In this document: positions 51,666 to 62,538 of the stretch, piece by piece
Numbering within the stretch: the first letter of the stretch is position 1
Layout of the letters: the number at the start of each line of letters is the position of its first letter
Assembly (NCBI GenBank): GCA_963810355.1
Contig: CAWENU010000032.1
Span: 15,641-79,640, forward strand
Origin: an uncultured Acidobacteriota bacterium
Lineage (GTDB): Bacteria > Acidobacteriota > Terriglobia > Acidiferrales > UBA7541
Length of the DNA stretch: 64,000 nucleotides
Reading direction: 5' to 3'
Notes under the pieces: generated by a model
Databases searched by the model: none
The model's input: the letters and a program-made list of their open reading frames with translations, nothing else
What the model was told of the DNA's origin: nothing
Program-made: the position numbers and the translations under genes

Positions 51666-51863
51666 ACTCGTCGGCGCCCAGCGAAGTGATTCGAAGCAAG
51701 TCCGACAATCTGAAAATTCGATTTGCCTGCGCCATAGAACGTGGAGCGGGCTGCTTACAATACGACCAGCAAAAACGATTCACAATTTTCCACAGTCAAA
51801 CCACTTACAAGCACAGCTTGCCATTTGTAGAATGACGTCGCCTTTACGTCCTCGGGGGTGATC

Positions 51864-52133
51864 ATGCTGTTTGCTACGGTAGTTCGCGGTAAAAAACTCG
51901 GAACACGTTTGATGCCGCATCGATTCAGCGACAATCGATACCACGTCCATCTTGGGAAGGAAGGTCCGTATATCCCGGTCACCGATTACCGTGATATTCC
52001 TTCTTACCTTGCGAACGGCTACTCCCTTCAGATGAGTGTCTCGGGAGAGAACCACACCCCCAGGTTGATTCGACCGGAATCCATCCGCGGATGGCGCACA
52101 AATCCCAGAGACCTCTCCAGTATCGCGCTCTGA
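51864..52133 (+). CDS. Small hypothetical protein (89 aa)
   Basis: GGGG RBS-like site, TAGAAT upstream, globular composition (PHRF..GYSLQMS..LIRP.SI). Confidence 0.55.
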   Translation: MLFATVVRGKKLGTRLMPHRFSDNRYHVHLGKEGPYIPVTDYRDIPSYLANGYSLQMSVSGENHTPRLIRPESIRGWRTNPRDLSSIAL

Positions 52134-52258
52134 TTCCCAATTCGGGAAGGATCAGGAAAGACGCGAATCCTGGGCCTTACTGTCCGCCGCACGGCGTCGC
52201 AGAGGCGGCCTTCCCAGCGAAGTCATCCGATGACGTTTGCGCGCCCGGTTCGCAGCAA

Positions 52259-54799
52259 CTACTTCAATTGCTCGAGTTCTTGTTTGGCTTGCCTGAGAAC
52301 AAGGATGTCGGGGTCGGCGTCTTTCCAGAGGGACAGGAAGTCCTGATAGGCGGCGCGGGATTTGATCGTGTCGCCTTCTAAAACATAGGCGCGGGCGATG
52401 CAGAGATGAGCCAGTGCGCCAATGGGCTCGTTTTGAACCATGCCGGGATGCTCGAGGATTTTCCCAAATTCGACCGCGGCTTCGCCGCCTCTGCGCGCAA
52501 CCAGCTGCGCCTCCCCGCGGACGTAGATAGGGTACAGCCCCCCCACGGTCGAAAACTCATAAGGTTCCGCGGTCTGAAGGATCTGGACGGCGCTCGAAAC
52601 ATCCTTGCGATTGAGTGCGAGCCGGGCGCGAATCGTCGGCAGGAAGACGAACTGAACCAAGGTGTCTTCGGGAAAGCGTCCAGCCAAATCGTCTGCCAGC
52701 GCGTTCGCCTTGGCTGATTCTCCTGCAATGGCAAGCGCCAGTGCGGCTCCGAATTGCTCTTCGCGCCCGGTTGAGGGACCCAGTGCGGCTGCGGCCCGTT
52801 GGCGAGCATGGTCCGCGTTACCAAAGAGCGCTTCTCGTAAGGCCGCGTCAGCTTCGTAGTTGGCAGCTGTCTCCTTCTCGCCCGCCGCCCCAGCGGAAGC
52901 CACTGCCCGGCGGGAAAACTCTCGCGCCTTACGGAGCTGGCCGAAATAGGCGGCGGTGTCGGCCTCGTAGCACAGCAGCACGTCTTCCACGCCCGGCTTT
53001 CCTGCTGCCCACTTCACCTGCTCAGCCATTCCTGCCGTATCGCGCTCTAAAAAGGCCAACAGATAAAGATAGCCGCGCAAGTCGGGAGAATCTAGATTCT
53101 TCGCCTGCGCCTCTCTAGCGATGGCCTTAGCCTCCGCGAGCTTGTTCAAATACAGATTGCCGTTGACGAGGTTGGCGTACGTCAGCGCTCTTGCGGGGTT
53201 TATGCGGAGGGCTTCATACATGCCGGCCAGACTCTTGTCATATTGTCCCCGACTACTGTAGATATTCCCCAAGTTCAAAAGCGGGCCGATGTCTCGCGGA
53301 TAGGTTTGCACCCACAGTTCATAGGTCTGACGCGCCTTTTCAAGATCTCCCACAGCAAACTCGTAGTAGTAGGACTCGATAGAGAGCCTCTCCCGCTCGC
53401 TGACCTGCCCGCGCAATTCGTAGGCTTTTCGTGTGTTCTTTTCGGCCTCTACTCCTTCCGAGAGATTGGAGTAGCTTGTTCCTAAAGCCGCATAGGCCAT
53501 GGCGAACTTTGGGTCCAGTTGGATGGCCCGCTGAAACAACGGTACGGCGGCGGAATCATCACCCTTCTCTGAGGCCGTTTTCACCGCCAGGCTGTAGGCC
53601 TTTAAGGCCTCGAGCGAAGAGGTCGTAGCTTGCGGCAGCGGCGTATCGAAGGCGTGAATCGTTTTCAAGGATTCACCCAGTTTGTTCCGGATATCCGAAG
53701 CGGCCTTTCCCAAAGCATCCAGGACGTGGTTCTTGTCAACGGCCTGACCTTCCGTGCTCGCAAGGGACTTGCCACTCCCACAGCTGACCGCCTTCAGAAT
53801 CAGGCTGTAGCGCGTTCCCACCTGTCCAATCGATCCGTTGAGGACAGCTGCGCTTCCCGTCCGCTGGCAAAGGTCGCTCGCAATCTGCGGAGTGAGTCGC
53901 GCATCGGGCGGCTGGCCCATCATGCGAAGAGTTTGCCGGATGCGCTCATCCGAGATAAGGCTGAGAAAGGGCGATTGTTCGAGTTGTACTGCCAATCCCT
54001 GCCGGAGTGTGTCATCGAAGACAGGGTCCTCTGTTTTATTGCTGAAATCGGCCAGAACAATTGTGTCGGTTTCGTTGAGGGCCTGCACGTTATGAGCATA
54101 GAAGAACCACACAACCAGAAACACTATGACGAGAGCCGCGACGCCGGTAGTTGGGATGGGCCACAGCTTCCTTCTTTTCGCAGCGGACGCCGCAACCGAC
54201 GACGCTGCCTGCTGCGCACCGATCTTCTCCGGTACCTTCGGATTCCCGACTTCGTCGCTGTAAAAGTTGTGGAGATGAATCCGGACTCCGTGCTTGACTT
54301 CGACTTCGCCGAGATCATGAATCATGGAGCACCAGGAGCTGACCTGATCCAGCACTTCCGCTTCTGTGTTCGACACAAGAATGTGTCCGGCATCTCCGCA
54401 GTCCATCACGCGCTGCGCGATGTTGATACCCCCTCCGGCCACGTTGCGATTGGCGTTGATGTCTGCCACGCGATAGACGGGACCGCTATGGATTCCCATG
54501 CGCAGCTTGATGTCCGGCTGGCTACGAAGAATCTTACCTAGCTCGAGCGCGCAGCGAACCGGCGCTTCCGGGTCCCCGAAAAAAACCAGCGCCATCCCAT
54601 CTCCGGTAGGCAAACGTATGAGCTGGTCGCTGGCTTGGGCGCGCGCAAACGCCGCCGTGCTGCGAACCGCCTCCTGCAAGTTCTGGAGCAACTGCTGCTG
54701 CTGGTCCATGCGCAGAGCGGAATACGCCACGATGTCCATGAATAGAACATGTGCAATCTCAAGCGGGGGAGTCGTGCCTGGGCCGGAGGTTTCTGTCAC
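52259..54799 (-). CDS. Class III nucleotide cyclase-like domain - TM - TPR protein
   Basis: VLFMDIV, TGDG, RMGIHSGPV, GINIAQRV; TM helix; LEQSPFL domain; TPR repeats. Confidence 0.88.
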   Translation of the reverse strand: MTETSGPGTTPPLEIAHVLFMDIVAYSALRMDQQQQLLQNLQEAVRSTAAFARAQASDQLIRLPTGDGMALVFFGDPEAPVRCALELGKILRSQPDIKLRMGIHSGPVYRVADINANRNVAGGGINIAQRVMDCGDAGHILVSNTEAEVLDQVSSWCSMIHDLGEVEVKHGVRIHLHNFYSDEVGNPKVPEKIGAQQAASSVAASAAKRRKLWPIPTTGVAALVIVFLVVWFFYAHNVQALNETDTIVLADFSNKTEDPVFDDTLRQGLAVQLEQSPFLSLISDERIRQTLRMMGQPPDARLTPQIASDLCQRTGSAAVLNGSIGQVGTRYSLILKAVSCGSGKSLASTEGQAVDKNHVLDALGKAASDIRNKLGESLKTIHAFDTPLPQATTSSLEALKAYSLAVKTASEKGDDSAAVPLFQRAIQLDPKFAMAYAALGTSYSNLSEGVEAEKNTRKAYELRGQVSERERLSIESYYYEFAVGDLEKARQTYELWVQTYPRDIGPLLNLGNIYSSRGQYDKSLAGMYEALRINPARALTYANLVNGNLYLNKLAEAKAIAREAQAKNLDSPDLRGYLYLLAFLERDTAGMAEQVKWAAGKPGVEDVLLCYEADTAAYFGQLRKAREFSRRAVASAGAAGEKETAANYEADAALREALFGNADHARQRAAAALGPSTGREEQFGAALALAIAGESAKANALADDLAGRFPEDTLVQFVFLPTIRARLALNRKDVSSAVQILQTAEPYEFSTVGGLYPIYVRGEAQLVARRGGEAAVEFGKILEHPGMVQNEPIGALAHLCIARAYVLEGDTIKSRAAYQDFLSLWKDADPDILVLRQAKQELEQLK

Positions 54800-55022
54800 T
54801 TACGCTCTCCGACAGATTCGCTGCAGACGTAATTCTCGCGCTCATCTTAGGGTGCGGCCTGCGGCAAGTCAACGAACCGTAGGCGACACGAAACTACCTG
54901 ACACGAGACTACCAAGCAGCGAGGCGAAAGCAGGGCCGCCCTTGAGATGAACGCGCCAGTTCGAAACGACTGCCCACGCAACCAATTTGTTCCGCACGCA
55001 TTCTGAGCACAAGTGAAGCAAC

Positions 55023-55057
55023 TTTCGCTTGACGTTCGCTTTCTTTTCGCCTAAGTT
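55023..55057 (+). promoter_or_regulatory. lexA promoter with three tandem TTCGC half-sites (putative LexA operator)
   Basis: TTTCGC-TTGAC-GTTCGC-TTTCT-TTTCGCCT with 11-bp period, overlapping TTGACG-N17-TAAGTT. Confidence 0.82.
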
Positions 55058-55111
55058 GATGGCACCGGTCTGCAGTGTCGGCGCAGCCGCAATTTGAAAA
55101 GCGAGGTCCCG

Positions 55112-55735
55112 ATGGCCCTGACCAAGCGACAGAAAGAAGTGCTCGACTACCTGGTGTCGTTCGAAACCAAGCACGGCTACGCGCCCAGCTTTGAAGAGAT
55201 CGGCAAGGGTTTGAAGCTGACTTCGCTCGCCACCGTGCACAAGCACATCACTACGCTGGAGAAAAAGGGATTTATTCGCCGCGGTTATAACCAGAGCCGG
55301 TCGATCGAAATTTTGCAATTGCCCAAATCCCCCAAGGAGCAAGTGATCGATCGGCGGGCGCAGGAGCTGCCTTTGGTTGGGCGCATCGCGGCGGGCCGGC
55401 CGCTGGAAGCGGTGGAGGAGCGCGAGACGCTGTCGCTGGGCGACTTTACGCACGGCGGAAACTCGTTCGCGTTGAAGGTGAAGGGCAGCTCGATGATCGA
55501 AGATCACATCATGGATGGCGACTTCGTGGTGTGCGAGCAGACGCAAGTGGCCAATCCCGGCGACATAGTCGTCGCGCTGGTGAGCGGCGACGAAGCCACG
55601 CTGAAGCGTTTCTATCGCGAAGGCCCGGGGAAGATTCGGCTGCAGCCCGCGAACTCCGAGATGGCGCCGATCATCGTTCCGGCGAACGATGTGAAGATTC
55701 AGGGACGCGTCATTGGAGTGCTCCGGAAATATTAG
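55112..55735 (+). CDS. lexA: SOS repressor LexA
   Basis: LTKRQ, APSFEEI, LEKKG.I.R, IAAG cleavage site, GSSM, ATLKR. Confidence 0.98.
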   Translation: MALTKRQKEVLDYLVSFETKHGYAPSFEEIGKGLKLTSLATVHKHITTLEKKGFIRRGYNQSRSIEILQLPKSPKEQVIDRRAQELPLVGRIAAGRPLEAVEERETLSLGDFTHGGNSFALKVKGSSMIEDHIMDGDFVVCEQTQVANPGDIVVALVSGDEATLKRFYREGPGKIRLQPANSEMAPIIVPANDVKIQGRVIGVLRKY

Positions 55736-55988
55736 CTCCCGCTTCGTGCTTCGCCAGCGTCGGCCAATCCCCAGGGCCAATCTCTTTAGGACATACCACA
55801 TTGGCGCGGGCCCGTTTCGGCTGGTGCTCGCGCGCAGTCCTTTCGACGCTCCACGCCATCCAATCTTCAGTCTGCTGTATGTGTACTCATTGCGCCGCTA
55901 CCGCCCTGGACCCGCGGCGTCGACATGTGGGCCTGCTAAACTGTGAGTGGGTATTGGACCCTGATCGAAGTATCGGAGCAGTGCAGCG

Positions 55989-57323
55989 ATGTCCATCGTC
56001 AAAAAAAGCCTGTTGCGCGTTAAGCAAAAACGGTCGCCGATTACGGCCTTCGGAGTTTCTTTCTGCCTGCTCTTGTGCCTGGTGTGCCCCAGCCCGTCCG
56101 GGGCCTACGCGATCATGGCCCACGAGGCCATCATCGACGCGGGTTGGGATATCAGCATCAAGCCGCTCTTGTTGCAGCGTTTCCCGCAGGCTACCCCGGA
56201 AGAGCTGAAACAGGCTCACGGTTTTGCGTATGGCGGCGCAATCATTCAGGACCTGGGCTATTACCCGCACGGAAGTCATTTCTTCAGCGATCTCACGCAC
56301 TACTGCCGGAGCGGCGATTTCATTCTAGCGCTGCTGCGCGATTCGCAGGACTTGAATGGGTACGCCTTCGCGCTGGGCGCGCTGTCGCACTATGCCGCCG
56401 ACAATGACGGGCACAAGATCGGCACGAATCCGTCGGTGCCGATCCTCTATCCGAAGCTAAAGAAGAAATACGGCAACGTGGTGACTTACGAACAGGACCC
56501 CCTGGCCCACGTCAAAACGGAATTTGGGTTCGATGTTTTGGAAGTCGCCAGGCAGCGTTACGCTCCCGACAGTTATCACGATTTCATCGGTTTCGAGGTT
56601 GACAAGCCTTTGCTCGAGCAGGCGTTTCGCGAAACGTATGGGCTCGAGCTGAAATCGGTGCTTACGGATGAGGATAAGGTTATCGGCTCGTACCGCCGCG
56701 CGGTCAGCAAGCAGATACCTCAGGCCACGCGCATCGCCTGGACTCTGAAGAAAGACGACATCCTGAAGGACCAGCCCAGCCTGACGAAGCGGAAATTCTT
56801 GTATAACCTTTCCCGTGCCAGCTACGAAAAGAATTGGGGCAAGGAGTATCAAAAGCCGACGGCTTTCGAACGGTTCCTTGCTTTCCTGGTTAAACTCTTT
56901 CCGAAGGTCGGACCGTTGAAGGTTCTGCAGCTGCGCACGCCAACGCCGGAAACGGAGCGCAAATTCGAAGCCAGTTTCAATGCTGCGCTGGACCGCTACA
57001 AGCTCTTGTTGACGCAGACGCGCACGGGAACTCCTGATATTCCCAACGACAACTTCGACACCGGCGGTGTGACCCCGCCGGGCGTCTATTTTATGAATGA
57101 CGACGTCCACGCCAAATTGATCGAAGAGCTTGCCAAGCAGAATTTCTCGGGAATCACCCCAGATCTTCGTGCCGAGCTCTTGCAATACTATTCCGATCCC
57201 AACGCGCCGTATGCCACCAAGCGTAAACCAAAAGATTGGACCAAGGTGCAAGTGGCACTGCAGCAGTTGAAGAATACTCAGCCGGCGCCGGTGTCTGCCG
57301 AGACTTTGTCTCCTTCTGAGTGA
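55989..57323 (+). CDS. Zinc-dependent phospholipase C family protein
   Basis: AHEAIID, QDLGYYP, SDLTHY, HYAADNDGH, HVKTEFGFD. Confidence 0.78.
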   Translation: MSIVKKSLLRVKQKRSPITAFGVSFCLLLCLVCPSPSGAYAIMAHEAIIDAGWDISIKPLLLQRFPQATPEELKQAHGFAYGGAIIQDLGYYPHGSHFFSDLTHYCRSGDFILALLRDSQDLNGYAFALGALSHYAADNDGHKIGTNPSVPILYPKLKKKYGNVVTYEQDPLAHVKTEFGFDVLEVARQRYAPDSYHDFIGFEVDKPLLEQAFRETYGLELKSVLTDEDKVIGSYRRAVSKQIPQATRIAWTLKKDDILKDQPSLTKRKFLYNLSRASYEKNWGKEYQKPTAFERFLAFLVKLFPKVGPLKVLQLRTPTPETERKFEASFNAALDRYKLLLTQTRTGTPDIPNDNFDTGGVTPPGVYFMNDDVHAKLIEELAKQNFSGITPDLRAELLQYYSDPNAPYATKRKPKDWTKVQVALQQLKNTQPAPVSAETLSPSE

Positions 57324-57545
57324 GCCGCGACCCACCCCCAAGCTATCTCCGATAGGAGACCTGGTTGGACTGCGGCGGCTCATCGCCGCCTTCACCCACG
57401 GTCCTTCCCTCGACGAATTCCCCACCGATCGCGAATGAGCTCGACGCGAATTTTGTTTTTCCGCCGAATCGAATAAACTGCTGCTGCGTTCTGTCGCGGA
57501 CGTGAAACAATACTGGGTTTCGCATCGCTCTTTGATCGCTCCGAA

Positions 57546-60500
57546 ATGAAGGAAACCAAACCGATTCAGAAACTCCTCGCCGCCAACCGCAGCGAAATTG
57601 CTATCCGCATCTTTCGCGCGGCCAACGAACTGGGACTGCGCACGGTCGGCATCTACTCGCAGGAAGACCGTCTCGGCCTGCACCGCTTCAAGGCGGATGA
57701 GGCGTATCAGATTGGCGAGGGTAAAGGGCCGGTCGAGGCTTATCTCGATATCGCCGGAATCGTTGCGCTCGCCAAGGAGAAAGGCGTCGACGCGATCCAT
57801 CCGGGTTACGGATTCCTCTCCGAGAATCCCGCCTTTGCGCGCGCTTGCGAGACGGCCGGGATCACCTTCGTCGGACCCACGCCGAGCTCTCCTGGAATTG
57901 CTTGGCGACAAGACTGCCGCGCGAAGGCTGGCGGCTTCCGCCGGCGTGCCCGTGCTGCCGGGCACCGAAGATCCGGTCGAGTCAGCCAGCGAAGCGCAAA
58001 GGATCGCGGCGGAGATCGGCTATCCCGTCATCGTGAAGGCCGCGATGGGCGGCGGCGGGCGCGGCATGCGCGTGGTGCGCGATCGCTTCGCAATTGGCGG
58101 CGTTGCTCGAAGAAGCGCAGGGCGAGGCGCGCGTCCGCGTTCGGCAACGCCAGCGTGTTCCTGGAGAAGTATTTGCCGCGCGCCCGCCACATCGAAGTGC
58201 AGATTCTGGGCGACCAGCACGGCAATTTGCTGCACTTCTACGAGCGCGATTGTTCCGTGCAGCGGCGCCATCAGAAAGTCGTCGAAGTCGCGCCCGGCGG
58301 CGAATCTCGCCGTCCAGCATTCGCAACGAGTTGTGCGAAGCCGCTGTCCGTCTCGCTCGCAAAGCCGACTACCGCAACGCCGGTACCGTTGAGTTCTTGT
58401 ACGACGTGGATGCGCAGCAAGTGGTACTTCATCGAAGTCAATCCGCGCATCCAGGTGGAACATACCGTCACCGAAATGGTCACCGGCATCGACCTCGTGC
58501 GCTCGCAGATTCTCGTCGCGCAAGGCCATTCGCTCCACGATCCGCCGATGTCGCTGCCGCGCCAGGAGAACATCCCGCTTTACGGCGCAGCGTTGCAGTG
58601 CCGCGTGACCACCGAAGATCCCGAGAAAAATTTCGCGCCCGACTACGGAAAGATTTCCACCTATCGCTCTCCCGCTGGCTTCGGCATCCGTCTCGATGGC
58701 GGCACGGCCTACGCCGGAGCGGTGCTCGCCGCGTACTACGATTCACTGCTGGTGAAGGTGACCGCCTGGGGCCAGCACCTCCCCGAAGCCTGCCACCGCA
58801 TGGACCGCGCCCTGCGCGAGTTCCGCATCCGCGGCGTGAAGACCAACATTCCCGTTCGTCGAAAACGTCGTCAATCACCCGAAATTTCGCGCCGGCGAAA
58901 TCACCACATCGTTTCTGGATGATTCGCCCGAATTGTTTCGCTTTCCGAGCCGCGGCGACCGCGCCACCAAGTTGCTCTCGTACCTCGGCGACGTGATCCT
59001 CAACGGCAATCCCGAAGTCAAAGGCAAGAAAGTACCCGAAGCGTTGGAAGCTGCCGTGCTCCCCTGCCACGCCGGGTATCGAACCGCCGCCGGGCACGCG
59101 CCAGCTGCTGCAAAGACTCGGCCCCGAAAAATTCGCCGCCTGGGCCCGCAAAGAAAAGCGCCTGCTGATCACCGACACCACCTTCCGCGACGCGCACCAA
59201 TCCTTGATGGCAACCCGCGTCCGCACCTACGACATGCTCGCCACCGCCAGCGCCGTCGCCCAGCGCCTGCCCAATCTCTTCAGCCTGGAAATGTGGGGCG
59301 GCGCAACCTTCGACACTGCCCTGCGCTTCCTGCACGAAGATCCCTGGCAGCGTCTCCGCGAACTGCGCGAGCGCGTTCCCAACATCTGTTTCCAGATGTT
59401 GCTCCGCGGCGCAAACGCCGTCGGCTACGCCTCCTATCCCGACAACGTCATCGAGGAATTCGTCCGCGAATCCCCCGCGCAGGGCATCGACATCTTTCGC
59501 ATCTTCGACTCCCTCAATTCCATTGCCAACATGCGCGTCTCCATCGACGCCGTGCTCGAAACCGGCGCGGTCTGCGAAGCCGCCATCTGCTACACCGGCG
59601 ACATGCTCGACGCGTCGCGCCCGAAATATTCCCTTCGAATACTACGTTTCGATGGCCAAGCAACTGGAAAGGCTGGGCGCGCATTTCCTCGCGATCAAAG
59701 ACATGGCCGGCCTCTGCAAGCCTTACGCCGCTCAGAAGCTCGTGAAGGCGCTGCGTGACGAGGTCGGGATTCCCATCCACTTCCACACCCACGATACCAG
59801 CGGCATCAACGCCGCCTCGCTGCTCAAAGCTTCCGATGCCGGCGTGGACGTCGCCGACGCCGCCATCGCCTCGATGAGCGGCGGCACCAGCCAGCCCAAT
59901 CTCAACTCCATCGTCGAAGCCCTGCGCCACACCCCGCGCGACACGCAGCTCGACATCGACGCGCTCAACGAATGCTCCGACTACTGGGAAGTTGTCCGCA
60001 CCTACTACTTGCCGTTCGATTCCGGCCCCAAAGCCGGCTCCGCGCGTCTCTACCAGCACGAAATTCCCGGCGGCCAATATACCAACCTGCGCGAGCAGGC
60101 CGCCGCCATGGGTCTCGGCCATCGCTGGCGTGAAGTGGAAACCACTTACGCCGAAGTGAACCAGCTGTTCGGCGACATCGTGAAAGTCACGCCGTCCAGC
60201 AAAGTTGTCGGTGACATGACGCTGTTCCTGATGGCGAAAGACATGCGCCCGCAAGATCTGCTGAAGCTCGACGAAAAACACGATCTCTCGTTACCCAACT
60301 CTGTCGTCGAAATGTTTTCCGGCGTCTTAGGCGTTCCGCCGGGCGGCTGGCCAAAAAAGCTGAAAAAAATAATCCTCCGCGGCGAAGATCCCATCAAAGG
60401 CCGTTCCAGCGCCAGCATGCCCGCGGCAGAATTCGACGACGAACAAGCCGCGCTCGAGAAAAAGCTCGGCCATAAAATCGAACGCGACGCGCTCCTCAGC

Positions 60501-61013
60501 TATCTTCTCTATCCCGACGTGTTTCTCAAGTACGACAAATTCCGCCAAACCTACTCCGACGTCAGCGTCCTCCCCACGCCCCCGTTCTTCTACGGCCTGA
60601 AATCCGGCCAGGAAATCACGGTAGATATCGAGCCCGGTAAAACGCTGATCGTCAAATTCCTGACCAGCAGCGACCCGCACCCCGACGGCACTCGCACGCT
60701 CTTCTTCGAACTGAACGGCCAGCCTCGCGAAGTCAACGTCCGCGACCGCGCCCTCCGCGTCGTCGAGCGCGCTCATCCCAAAGCCGACCCCGCCGAGCCC
60801 GGCCAGGTCGGCGCTCCCACCGCCGGCGTGGTCTCCGGCATCGCCGTCCAGCCCAATCAAACCATCGAGCGCGGCGCAAAACTTCTAACCCTCGAAGCCA
60901 TGAAAATGCAATCCAACATTTACGCCACCATTTCCGGCCGCGTCGCCAAACTCCTGGTCACTCACGGCCAGCACGTCGAGGCCAAGGATCTCCTGGTGAC
61001 CATCGTTCCGTGA
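57546..61013 (+). CDS. pyc: Pyruvate carboxylase with about eight or more frameshifts (probably sequencing errors)
   Basis: ANRSEIA, HPGYGFLSE, RDCSVQRRHQK, RDAHQSL, EMWGGATFD, IKDMAG, HTHDTSG, EAMKM spread over changing frames. Confidence 0.93.
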
Positions 61014-61023
61014 GCCTTTTCTC

Positions 61024-61806
61024 GTGAGTTCCGGCCAATTTCGCAAACACAGTCAATTCCGCTCGCGCTTCCTTCGCAACCAGCGCGATCTCATCATCTA
61101 TCTCCCACCGGGCTACGACGAGCAACCCTGGCGCAGTTTTCCGGTCCTCTATCTCCAGGATGGCCAGAATCTTTTCGACCGCGCCACTGCCTTTGCGGGC
61201 CAGGACTGGAACGTTCAAGGCGCCGCCGATTACCTCATCCAGGGCGGCGCCATCGAACACCTCATCATCGTCGGCATCTACAACACCGGCAAATCCCGCA
61301 TCCACGAATACACCCCCACAAAAGTTCCCAAGCTCGGCGGCGGCCGCGCCGACCGCTACGCCAAGTTTCTCCTGCAGGAAGTCATGCCCTTCGTGAACCA
61401 ACAATACCGCGCGCTCCCGGAGCCATCCCAAACCGGCATCGGCGGCTCCTCCTTAGGCGGACTGGTATCCTTATACTTCGGCCTCAAATATCCACAGACC
61501 TTCGGCAAAATTGCCGCGCTCTCCCCCTCGGTCTGGTGGAATCAACGCGCAATCCTGCGCTTCGCCGCGGAAGCCACCCCGCAACCCCGCCCTAGCATCT
61601 GGCTCGACATCGGCACCCGCGAAGGCCCCCGCATAGTCCAAGACGTAGAACAATTTCGCAACATCCTCCTGCAAAAAGGGTGGCGCGAAGGCGAGGACCT
61701 CCACTACGAACGCGTCGAAGGCGCCGAACACAACGAAGCCGCCTGGTCCCAACGCGTAGGCCCCTTCCTGCAATTCCTCTATCCAGCCGCCGCGACCAAA
61801 GCATAA
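61024..61806 (+). CDS. Putative esterase (alpha/beta hydrolase)
   Basis: YLPPGY, DGQNLF, GGSSLGG, HNEAAW. Confidence 0.9.
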   Translation: MSSGQFRKHSQFRSRFLRNQRDLIIYLPPGYDEQPWRSFPVLYLQDGQNLFDRATAFAGQDWNVQGAADYLIQGGAIEHLIIVGIYNTGKSRIHEYTPTKVPKLGGGRADRYAKFLLQEVMPFVNQQYRALPEPSQTGIGGSSLGGLVSLYFGLKYPQTFGKIAALSPSVWWNQRAILRFAAEATPQPRPSIWLDIGTREGPRIVQDVEQFRNILLQKGWREGEDLHYERVEGAEHNEAAWSQRVGPFLQFLYPAAATKA

Positions 61807-61886
61807 TCCGCCAGGTTCTCCGGACCCGCGAAGCCGCACCGTTGTCGCGAAGCCACGCCGTTATCGCGAACCCGCGCCGTCCCATC

Positions 61887-61981
61887 GTAGGGGCGGGGCT
61901 TGCCCCGCCCGGCCGTTGCGTCTTGACGCCAACCTTCCGATCGCCGCTCGATGTTGTAAGGGCGCAGCGCACTGCTGCGCC
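61887..61981 (+). repeat. Two REP-like hairpins
   Basis: GTAGGGGCGGGGCTTGCCCCGCCC and GTAAGGGCGCAGCGCACTGCTGCGCC. Confidence 0.7.
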
Positions 61982-62031
61982 GCAACTCGGCAAGATCGCT
62001 CCCTAAGACGCGACCAAGCGCATAAAAATGT

Positions 62032-62463
62032 GCTGAGTGTTGGTTTGAGGTCCTTCGGCTATCCTTGTCGGATAGCCTCAGGATGACGGCGTGTCGCCGG
62101 TTGAAATCGAAGCGTTACCATCAGGTTACCCCCCCCCTGCTTTTTTGTAAGTGTTCATTCTAAAGGGAGATAAAAGCCTTTGTTTTGATAGAGTTTTGCA
62201 AGTATTGATTTTAAATGAGTTAGGTGAATCGCTTCCTGGGACAATCTGGGCAAAAGAAAAGGCGGCTCTTGGCCGCCGCTGTTGTTGCGCACTTTTAACT
62301 GGTTAGTAGCTTACCTTAAAGTGATCTACTTGTCAAGGAATACTTACAAAAAAACAAGGGGGCGCGGTATCCTGATCGTAACGCTGCGATTCAAGCAGCA
62401 ACATGCTGTCATCCTGAGGCTATCCGACAAGGATAGCCGAAGGACCTCAAACCAATACTCAGC
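62032..62463. repeat. 432-bp element with ~125-bp imperfect inverted arms
   Basis: 62032-62156 is the reverse complement of 62338-62463; the outer 56 bp differ at one position. Confidence 0.9.
62252..62302 (-). ncRNA. Candidate ~50-nt small RNA inside the inverted-repeat element
   Basis: TTGACA-N17-TAAGCT at 62336-62308, then a GGCGGC-CAAGA-GCCGCC-TTTTCTTTT terminator; no ATG ORF. Confidence 0.55.
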
Positions 62464-62538
62464 GCGCAATCGTCCCTCATCGCCGCCCCCACTTTCCCTT
62501 GACCTCCCACTCCACCCTGCGGCATCGTGTCACCGCAC

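Noticed and set aside
54885-54914. 15-bp direct repeat GACACGARACTACC as an att site or target duplication
   Set aside because: Only two adjacent copies, no partner seen at the other end of the cyclase gene, and no integrase.
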